DNA of 63,820 nucleotides, the filler included, from Octopus bimaculoides (Eukaryota): the NCBI RefSeq assembly GCF_001194135.2. It is 7 parts of 7 records of this genome, joined end to end, with 100 filler letters (N's around TTAATTAATTAA, not from the genome) between each part and the next. Parts side by side here need not be neighbours in the genome. Positions count along the whole stretch, not along the records: positions 52,009 to 60,140 come from NC_068989.1; positions 60,241 to 62,199 come from NC_068991.1; positions 62,300 to 63,820 come from NC_068998.1; 4 more parts are not named here. One strand, 5' to 3'. The first letter of the stretch is position 1, and each line of letters starts with the position of its first letter. A model generated the notes under the pieces. The model saw only the letters and a program-made list of their open reading frames with translations, made no database searches and had not been told where the DNA came from. Positions 54,689 through 63,820 of this stretch are shown one piece after another. Made by a program: the position numbers and the translations under genes.

Positions 54689-55410
54689 TTTACGTTCTGA
54701 GTTCAAATCTCACCGATGTCACTTTAGTTTCTTCACAGCGATGAAATAAAGGACCATTTAGAAACTATGGTCGATAAAATCGACTCTTCAGCTTCCTCAC
54801 TAATTGGCTTTGCGCTTGTGAAAGAATAATTATTTCTATTACTAATATGAATGTTTTGGAAATATTAGTGTTTCCTCGTATGTGAAGGTTTAGTAATTAA
54901 CCCATATATGCTTGCATTATTCATGCAAGGGATAGGCAGTGAGCTGGTAGAATCGTTAGCACTAGAGTCGATATTGTCGACTAACCCCTCGTCCGAAATT
55001 GCAGGCGTTGAACCAAAGTTTGAAGTCCTTTTTACGAATGATAAGGTAGCGACGTGGCAGAAACGTTAGCACGCCGTAAAAATTGCTTAGTGGCATTTCG
55101 TCCGACATTACGTTCAGGGTTCAAATTCCACTGGGTTCCACTTTACCTTTCATCCTTTCCAGGGTCGATAAATTAATTACCAGTTTAGCACTGGCGTTGA
55201 TGTAATCCACTTCCGCATCCTTCAAAATTCCTGGTTCTATGCCAAAATATAAAAGGTCTGTTTATGCAAGAGATTCTGCGTTCAACTCCCGCCGAGGTCA
55301 CTTTTGACTTATATCCTTAGTGGTTGATAAAATGTATACCAGTCAGATACTATGATCAATTAAACATCTCCTAAAATTACTGTCCTGTGCCAAAATTTGA
55401 GACCAATATT
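54689..55410 (+). mobile_element. Cluster of four head-to-tail SINE family A copies or fragments
   Basis: Family A motifs recur at ~54689, 54933, 55042 and 55275, all on the + strand. Confidence 0.75.
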
Positions 55411-56770
55411 TATGGAAGACTTTTTTTGGCATCATTTCTTAAGTTTCTGTAAAATTGTCATGTAGAACGTGAATTTTTACTCCAACTGTTTTGGATTGCC
55501 ATGTTTCTTTTACATTAAATTTTAAGTTTCCTTTAGATGTTATTGATATTTCTTATTGCTTACAGCGAGATTTTTATCGTTTTTAAATATATCACTTTTG
55601 TTTTTGAATTCAAACATAATTATTTACAGCGCAGACGTCTTCAAACTTATTTTATCGAGGGACTGTATTTTTACTTCTTTATGTTTCGATTTACTTTCTA
55701 TTTTGCATTTTTCCCTAAATATTCTTATTTTCCATAAATTGTTTATTTCTCTTTTCAAATCTTGTTATCCATTGGGCTTTAGCAACAATTAACTGTTTTT
55801 ACACCGTTATTCTGCCATATTTTTAATTTTTAAAATTCTTTCTTCTAGTTTCTTTAACTAAGTTGACGTTGCATTTCTATAAATTTACATAAGTAGTTTC
55901 TATTTTTGGCTGGTCTTTGTGTATTTTATTCTCCGAAAGGAAATCTCTCTCCTATATTTACGTAATATTTTTATTCATAGTGTTACTTTATTAGACTAAC
56001 TTTTCCATAATGCATGATTTACAAACGCTATTTTTCTTTCATCATTTAATTTGTTGAAAATATTACTGAAGATGCTGTATTCCCTTATCTGCATTTGCTA
56101 CATGTTTTAACACTTCTCATTAGTACTTATCGTCGGTCTCGGTGCACTTTACTTCAAATTTATTTACCTTTTATTTCATTTCTTCTACAACATATTCGAA
56201 GCTACTTCTGTTGTTATTATCACTTGTATTCATTAGAATGTTGTCTGGTAGAATTTTTAATAACGTTCTTCTTAGAGTACATCAGAGATATATAAAAGCA
56301 CGCGTATGTTTTGCTGATATGTGTGTATTATTTGTTGCAAAGAGCATATAGTTTGTGGATGTTTATAACTGTTATTATTTGTTTTGTTCTTTTGTGGTGC
56401 TCTGGATACTTTATTTTAAGAATAGTGATACTTGTTCTGATAAATATTTTTATTTCTATTTTTCCCTCCGTAAATTGGAAACAACAGTACGTGACACAGA
56501 CTATCTGATGAATACTTGATATTACTCCAGATTTTAAATTCTAATTTATATTCTACTGAATGAAAAAAAACTCACACACATATGGTTATGAGAATATTTT
56601 AGATTGTAAAACACTCCCTTTCATGTTGCTCTCCAGCTCCTCTTTCGATCAGGGGTGGGTGTGTTGGCCTCATCGCCTAGCCATTCGACGGCTAAAACGA
56701 TGCAAAGCGCTTCGTGATTACCGATGTGTAACAATATCTTGCAGACTGCTTATTCACGCTATTACGTAAT

Positions 56771-56813
<43 letters not shown>

Positions 56814-56826
56814 GGAAAGAAGCAAT

Positions 56827-56861
<35 letters not shown>

Positions 56862-57458
56862 NNNNNNNNNNNNNNNNNNNNNNNNNNNNNNNNNNNNNNN
56901 NNNNNNNNNNNNNNNNNNNNNNNNNNNNNNNNNNNNNNNNNNNNNNNNNNNNNNNNNNNNNNNNNNNNNNNNNNNNNNNNNNNNNNNNNNNNNNNNNNNN
57001 NNNNNNNNNNNNNNNNNNNNNNNNNNNNNNNNNNNNNNNNNNNNNNNNNNNNNNNNNNNNNNNNNNNNNNNNNNNNNNNNNNNNNNNNNNNNNNNNNNNN
57101 NNNNNNNNNNNNNNNNNNNNNNNNNNNNNNNNNNNNNNNNNNNNNNNNNNNNNNNNNNNNNNNNNNNNNNNNNNNNNNNNNNNNNNNNNNNNNNNNNNNN
57201 NNNNNNNNNNNNNNNNNNNNNNNNNNNNNNNNNNNNNNNNNNNNNNNNNNNNNNNNNNNNNNNNNNNNNNNNNNNNNNNNNNNNNNNNNNNNNNNNNACA
57301 TGTGTGTATGAATGTATGTATGTATGTATGTACGTATATATATGTGGGTTGCGCGCGTGAGTGTGTATATATATATCGGTATTTTCAATTAGTACTTGTG
57401 TTTTTGTGTGTGTCGGGATGGTGATCATGCTTTGTTAATCTTTGCGGTATTCCTTTAG

Positions 57459-57564
57459 AGAAAATGATTCAGATTCGTCTCCCAGTACAAGAGCATTTCC
57501 TTTGATCTCTTCATTTAAGAATAAAAATGCCTTCGATGGATTTCTTCAATTAAGTAACCGCTAA
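57459..57564 (+). CDS. Candidate downstream or terminal exon of the same gene
   Basis: Acceptor CTTTGCGGTATTCCTTTAG|A. Only one frame stays open: ENDSDSSPSTRAFPLISSFKNKNAFDGFLQLSNR*. It lies beyond an assembly spacer, so linkage is unproven. Confidence 0.3.
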
Positions 57565-58164
57565 ACCATCAGATCAACACACTTTCAACAATGTAAATAC
57601 CAGTTATGTATTGAAATCTTTTTAAGCAGCTTTCCCTTCCTCGAAAATCTCAATACACAATCTTCATTTCTTCCTTTTTCCGAAATTGTGTACAGAAACA
57701 ATTTTAAAATGTTTCAATTAAAAGACGATCATCAGTTGCGCAATTTAAAAGAAAAAAGGCATACAAATCATTCTGAAGGAGAATATTTAATATGTTATGC
57801 AGATTACCTGACGGTTTTCTGTTTCTTTTCCCTGTTAGAAATGTTATGTTGATAAAGCAATATTAGTGACAAACGGTTTATAAATGGAAAACTTGAGATT
57901 GAAATTAAAATCATATCAGAAATAATAATCTTTTTATCAATTCACTGTCCAACTTTTCTTTAAAAATTTTAAATTTTATTTGTTTTATTCGTTTCTTTCT
58001 TCCTTTCTTTCTTTTACTTCTTTTTGCTAAAATATCTTGCATTTGATTGGATTTTATTTTAGCATTTCAGCGCTGCTATCCAGATAAATATTTATTAATA
58101 ATAAAATGTCATATATTGAAAGAATCGGAAAAGTGTAGGGCAAATAGCCCTTGTGATATTTAAG

Positions 58165-59005
58165 TACGATCTTCATCATTCTGAGCTCAGATGCGGCAAA
58201 AGATTATTAAAACAGGGTACCAGTCAAGAACAGCAGTCTAGTCAATCAACTATTCCCCTCCCATGAGATTTACTGGTCTTATACCCAAACTAGATACCAG
58301 AGATTGCGAGCAGGTGGAAACGTTAGAGTGGCGAAAAAATAAATGCCGAGCGGTTTTGCTTCTGGATTTTGATGATCAGAGTTCAAATTCGGTTGAAGGT
58401 AACTTTACCTTTCGTCCATCAAGCGGGTCTAATAAAAATAAGCACCAGTCAAAGACTAGGGTCATTGTAATCAACAAACCCCAAAATGTCAAGCTTCTCC
58501 TAGCAAATATTCCTATTATTGATATTCTGCCGAGGTTGACATTGCCTGTTACCCCTTCTGGGTCAATAAAATAATTACAAGCTGAACACTTGGGATAATG
58601 TAATCGACTTGTACCCTGCTACTACTACTACTATGGTGAGCTGTCAGAATCGTTAGCACAACAGAAAATATGTTTACCAGCATATCGTCCGTGTATACAT
58701 TCAGAGTTCAAATTCCGCCGCGTTCCACTTTGCATTTCATCCTTTCGGGATCGATTAAATAAGTACCAGTTGAGCAGTGGGGCCGATGTAATCGATTTAA
58801 TGGCACCCGACCCAAATGTCATGCCTTGTGCCTATTGTAGAAAGGATTATTATTATTATTATTATTGATGATGTGGCGAGTTGGCAGAATTTTTAGTACA
58901 CTTGGTAAAATGCTTGGTGCTACTTCGTCGGCCTTTTAGTTCTGCGTTCAAATACCGCTGAGGTTGATTTTGCCTTTCATCCATTAGTTGGGGTCGATAT
59001 GATAG
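58165..59005 (+). mobile_element. Cluster of five head-to-tail SINE family A copies or fragments
   Basis: Family A motifs recur at ~58165, 58303, 58520, 58633 and 58870, all on the + strand. Confidence 0.75.
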
Positions 59006-60349
59006 TATGCAAACATCCAGAACACCAAATTTTCTCTCCATAGCAATGCGTCAGAAACACTTCAACCCAGTTCGGAAAATATGTTTATTGAAAAATATCA
59101 ATCACAACAGAATACTCTATAATAATACACTAGAATGAGAATAATCGGTTAATTCAACACAACTAAAAACCAATGAAAACAACAAGATTAAATCAAAACA
59201 TTACGTAAGAGGCCTCATCCGGGATTTGAAACCCTATCTTTAAACTGCTGTACAGTTAGACATTACACGTATTCAAAACTATTTGCTAACGTCTCCTAGA
59301 ATCATCCACTTAGATTTTTCAGGACGAAATTGGATCATCAAAGAAAAAAAAAACAAAAAAAAACATTCAGCTGACCGGGAAAAGTGACACTTTAAGTGAA
59401 TCAACCAATCGGAACGCTGGACGAGCGTCTGACAAGAGCAAGTCACCAACATATAATAAACAAAGGACGTATGTAGAATTATCAATCGACTGGATTCTTA
59501 TTGGTTAAAAATAGTGATCACAATATTTGATAAACGAATGACATCACAAGATCAACTGGAACGCTGAACTACTGCCAAACTAAAATATGCTTCCAGAAAG
59601 TGGTGTGTTCAAGGAGTGAACTAACCAAAACACTAAACAACGGACAAAAACAAGTGATGTCATTGAATTTATAACCAATCAGATCTTGAACATATACCTT
59701 AAATCTTATATATACAAGAAACCTGTATAGACAGCAATTTCAGATGCAAATAGTTCAATTTCTCACCAGAAAAATAAACGACGAAGATTTTTCCACCTTG
59801 TACTACGACTGAATTTGTATGAAAATTTGTTTTCATTAACATTTTTACGTTCTCTTTGAAAACTTCTTCGTATTAAACTGTTAATCTCACTTATCGTTTT
59901 AAAAAGTACCAAACTCGCAGTTTGGTACTGAAATTCATCTATCATTTGAACTTTTATTATTTTCGAATATTGAGAAAGTTGTTGGATATTGGAATTTATT
60001 CGAGCATTTGATTTCTTCTGCAAGTAATACCGAATTTTCTCTTGAACATTCACTTTCTCCTAAAAGATTATTTTTTCGTTTTTTCTATTGAAAAGCAATG
60101 GTACTACAATAAATTTGTCAAAAAACATTTAAAACTAAGCNNNNNNNNNNNNNNNNNNNNNNNNNNNNNNNNNNNNNNNNNNNNTTAATTAATTAANNNN
60201 NNNNNNNNNNNNNNNNNNNNNNNNNNNNNNNNNNNNNNNNACGTATATATGATTTTTTTTTAGAACTCTTAATTAGCAGTATATTACTCTCTCTCTCTAA
60301 ACCAATTAAAAGATTTTTTATTTTATTCAGGTACCCCGTTGCAGATAAA

Positions 60350-61195
60350 ATGCTAACACAAGAACCAGGACACAAGGAACACAGTAATTTAGAAATTTCC
60401 AAATTTCTAAATGTTACAGGAATTTCTGTATACAAAGTTCGGATGTAATTTAAAACCTCCGGTGGGTATATTTCCACTGTATCAAAACGGGAAAAAAAAA
60501 ACATTCTAAACGCCCGGACACTTCTAAGGACACTGCAATTCATCCAGCACTTTCAAAATATTATCGATAATGAGCATGGAAGATGAATGAGGGCCTTCCT
60601 CAAAGAACATCAGGTGTTGTAGTGGACTGTCAAAACTGTTCGTGAGGACATTCGATACAAGTTGCATATACTGAGGAGAACAAAGCCGCGGGAAAAAAAA
60701 AATTGACCTATGCTAAGCGGTCACGTAAAATGATTAGAAAGATCTCACGAAAATGTCCTGTTTCGGTTATTCTCTGAAAAGAAAAAGAATTTACCCAAGA
60801 CAAAATTCTGACAGGAGAAATAACAGAGAAATAACAGCTGGCTACGTTTAGATCCTTCTAATGCCTTCATAGTGATGCACGCAAAGTTTCTAACAACTGT
60901 GTTGACTTAAGGAGTGATGAGTAACGAAAACAATTCCATGCCATCTCATATTTTCCCGCAAGGTCTTAGAATTAATGCTATTTGGGTACTTTGAAGCACT
61001 GGAGGCAGTTACTAAGCCTTGGATAGATGAAGTGCTCATTGGGTTGCAATATTTATTTCAGCAAGACTCATCATCTTCTCTCAAAAGTCACCTATTCCAA
61101 GAACGGATAACAGGCAATATTTACGATTATGTTACAATTGTGGCCTGCAAACTTGCCAGATTTATGGCGCATGGTCCATTAAGTTTGAAGCTTTG
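60350..61195 (+). mobile_element. Second, more decayed Tc1/mariner (DD37D-like) transposase remnant
   Basis: Fragmented translation MLTQE...EHSNLEISKFLNV...VYKVR; VMHAKFLTTV..GVMSNE..MPSHIFPQGLRINA; EAVTKPWIDEV...YLFQQDS; WPANLPD. It is collinear with the 53 kb copy and has many stops and frameshifts. Confidence 0.75.
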
Positions 61196-61431
61196 TTGAT
61201 AGGAAGACTAACCGACATGCTCAGAATACCGTAGCCTCATTGAAGCCCGTCATTTTCCAGACGATATCCGAAATGAGTAAGGATCATATTCTACAGGCAC
61301 TTTAGTAATTCTAGTCCTGTAATGAATCAGTCATCGCTGTCGAAGATGGATTCATAGAAAAATTATAGAGAATACGTGCACAAAATCATTATTAAATACA
61401 TCAGGTATGTGCTAGATTATTTTATAATAAT

Positions 61432-61975
61432 GATATCAAATTTTGGTACATGGCCAGCAGTTTCCGGTGAAGGGATAAGATGATTATATCGACTCGAGGG
61501 ATCAACTGGTACTTTTTTAATCGACCCCTAAAGGATGACCGATAAAGTAAACCTCGGCGGAATTTCAGTTCATAACGTAAAGACGGACGAAATGCCGCTA
61601 AGCATTTTGCCTGGCTGATTCCATTGCTATTGTTTCATATTTTGACACGAGGCCAGCAATTTCGGGATAGGGGATAAGTCGATTCCATCGACCCCAGTAC
61701 TCTTTCTTGTGTCTTCTTCTGATGAACGAATAAATCTAGAAATGCATGAATGAATGAATGAATGTACGGAAATGGGGTGGGTTATTGCATGGTATAATAT
61801 TCCATATGCTCTTTCTATAAATTATAGGGAGCTTCCTTGAGATTAGGTAGCCATGAAAAGATGGATAAGAGGCAAAGTGGATCTCGGCGGAATTTGAACT
61901 CAGAACATGAAAACAGACGAAAAGCCGCAAAACATTTTGTCCGGCGTGCTAACGATTCTGTCAGCTTGCCGCCTT
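61432..61975 (-). mobile_element. Three SINE family A copies or fragments on the minus strand
   Basis: Reverse-complement motifs (CCTCGGCGGAATTT..ACGGACGAAATGCCGCTAAGCATTT; GTGCTAACGATTCTG) at ~61432-61615, 61630-61705 and 61850-61975. Confidence 0.75.
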
Positions 61976-62199
61976 TGTTTCCCTTGATGTTAAGCAATGA
62001 AAAAAGATAAAAAAAAAATAAGAGAAATGAATGAAACGGAGGTGAAATATGTATTTGCGTCTTCTGGTAAAATTAAAACCGTATTTTACCCTCGCATTTT
62101 TAGCCAGATCGTGGTAACTGCACGGCACGCATAATCTCAAGGAAGCACCCTGTAATTTACCGAAAGAGCATATGGAATATTATATCAAGTACCACCCCC
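61774..62199. mobile_element. Inverted-repeat (MITE/foldback-like) element carrying a SINE insertion
   Basis: 61792-61845 matches the reverse complement of 62132-62185 at 49/54 positions. Both arms extend to GGGGTGG / CCACCCCC ends. A SINE-A fragment lies at 61850-61975 inside. Confidence 0.7.
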
Positions 62200-62484
62200 N
62201 NNNNNNNNNNNNNNNNNNNNNNNNNNNNNNNNNNNNNNNNNNNTTAATTAATTAANNNNNNNNNNNNNNNNNNNNNNNNNNNNNNNNNNNNNNNNNNNNT
62301 TATAACATGCGTTCACTCCATTCCTTAAATTTATATATACTCAAATACCCAAAATATCAAGGAGTTTCTGCCTCAAAAACAGGAATTACACCACAGTTAT
62401 TTTGTGATCTTTGCTACCCTGGTTTCTATTAACCCATTTATTCTATCCGAATTATTATTAATTAGGATAAAATAAATACATATA

Positions 62485-62530
<46 letters not shown>

Positions 62531-62814
62531 AAACCTCCTCTAGTTGGTGATGCAGTGCATTCTGCACTCGATATGAATTGCAAGCGAGGAAAGAACTCCC
62601 TACTACCTTAGCCCCAAGACTATCAGACCGTACGGTTTCGACATTCTTATTGTCATCCTCGGTGGTGGATACTCGTCCGCTAGACATAGCAGTAGTTCAC
62701 TCCAGCTTGCAATATATAGAAAAAATAAGTAACACACAGTCACTGATCTTGCAACAAGCAAACTAGCTTGTCAAGAAAATCTCTATAAGGAATGAAAGCA
62801 GTATTGGTACTGAC

Positions 62815-63007
62815 AAGTAGTATTTAACGCCACCTAAACACGGCTGTTCACTATGAACCGATGGTCTCAGGGCTAAAATAGTAAGGGGTTCTCTCTCCGC
62901 TTGTAATATATGACGAGTGCATAACCAGCTGGAAGAGGTGTCTTCCTGGGGTTAAAACGGCAGTACCCTTGGGAACAGCCTCGTTTAGGTGGCGTTAAAC
63001 ACTACTT
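62815..63007. mobile_element. MITE-like element, 193 bp with 35-bp terminal inverted repeats
   Basis: AAGTAGTATTTAACGCCACCTAAACACGGCTGTTC (62815-62849) matches the reverse complement of 62973-63007 at 32/35 positions. The interior is non-coding. Confidence 0.7.
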
Positions 63008-63057
63008 ATATATTGAGAAAAAAGGTGGTCGCCAGAATTTTGGAAAAATCTTTTTAT

Positions 63058-63450
63058 TTATTCATTATTATTGATTTTATTCATTATTGTTTTTTCTGGG
63101 TGTCTTGGTTCTTCCTTGTAGTAGGTTTGGTTTGTTAAAATTTCCAATATGTTATCTTGATAGTAGTCCTTGTCGAAGATTACTATCGCTCTTCCCTTAT
63201 CGGTTTCTTTTCGGATGATTGAGTTGTCATTCTTCAGTGTTAGTAAAGCTTCCTTTTCTTCTTCACGAAGGTGCTGTTTGCATCTGTAGTTTTTAAGGGG
63301 AAAGTTTGAAATTGTGTATATATAAGCGTATAAATATTTGTCATTCCCCTTGTAGCGGGTAAAGTGGGATTTATTTCTGACTATTGATTCATCATTTATA
63401 TCCTTATTGCAGAAGAGTTCTATAAGTCTCAGTATACAATATCTATACAC
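63058..63450 (-). mobile_element. Penelope-like element (PLE) fragment, region N-terminal to the RT core
   Basis: Translation RNKSHFT..KG.DKYL.AYI...HLREEEKEALLTLKNDNSIIRKETDKGRAIVIFDKDYYQDNILEILTNQTYYKE carries the PLE-type 'NL..EE..AL..L..D..IIIK.ADKG..VV.D...Y' signature. Confidence 0.75.
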
Positions 63451-63462
63451 CACTTCTAACAC

Positions 63463-63505
<43 letters not shown>

Positions 63506-63519
63506 ATTATTTTCTTCTT

Positions 63520-63740
63520 TTATTCCTTTACTTGTTTCAGTTATTTAACTGCAGCCATGCTGGAGCACCGCCTTGAAAGGTTTTAGTTGAATGAATCGAC
63601 TCCAGGACTTATTTTTTAAAACCTAGTGCTTATTCTGTTGCCGAATCGCTAAGTTACGGGGAAGTAAACACACAAACACCGGTTGTCAAGCGGTTTGGGG
63701 CGGGTGGGGGCAAAGACAGACAGACACACACACACATACA
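63520..63740 (-). mobile_element. SINE family B 3' half
   Basis: CTGCAGCCATGCTGGAGCACCGCC..GCTAAGTTACGGGGAAGTAAACAC..CCGGTTGTCAAGCG. Confidence 0.75.
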
Positions 63741-63750
63741 CACGCATATA

Positions 63751-63783
<33 letters not shown>

Positions 63784-63820
63784 GTATATATATATATATG
63801 TATGTATATATATGTATATA

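Noticed and set aside
56570-56760. Apparent acceptor CTCTCCAG| and ORF at 56637
   Set aside because: AAACACTCCCTTTCATGTTGCTCTCCAG resembles the family D SINE body seen at 38.2 and 43.6 kb; it is a decayed SINE.

Overview
AT-rich eukaryotic genomic DNA, dense in microsatellites, with many N gaps. The repeat content suggests a cephalopod, most likely Octopus (inference, not a database result). One protein-coding gene is well supported, on the + strand. It has a giant exon (candidate acceptor 44125/44126, stop-free from 44800 to a GT donor at 48647) encoding a ~1,300+ aa Ser/Thr-rich mucin-like ectodomain and a single transmembrane helix. A phase-compatible cytoplasmic-tail exon follows at 51862. 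The rest is intronic/intergenic: at least four tRNA-derived SINE families, an L1/Tx1 3' remnant, a Penelope-like RT remnant, two DD37D Tc1/mariner remnants, a Helitron-like element, two inverted-repeat (MITE-like) elements and a 100-bp spacerless palindrome family. Several degenerate minimal hammerhead-ribozyme motifs with palindromic helix III, of the type known from Penelope-like elements, are scattered through the window. Six 100-bp N44-TTAATTAATTAA-N44 spacers are assembly joins, so contiguity across them is uncertain. Almost all supplied ORFs are microsatellite or N-gap artefacts. I found no CRISPR array, rRNA or intact tRNA gene, and no system I can honestly call new. The best leads are the hammerhead set, the palindrome family and the uncharacterised giant-exon membrane protein.
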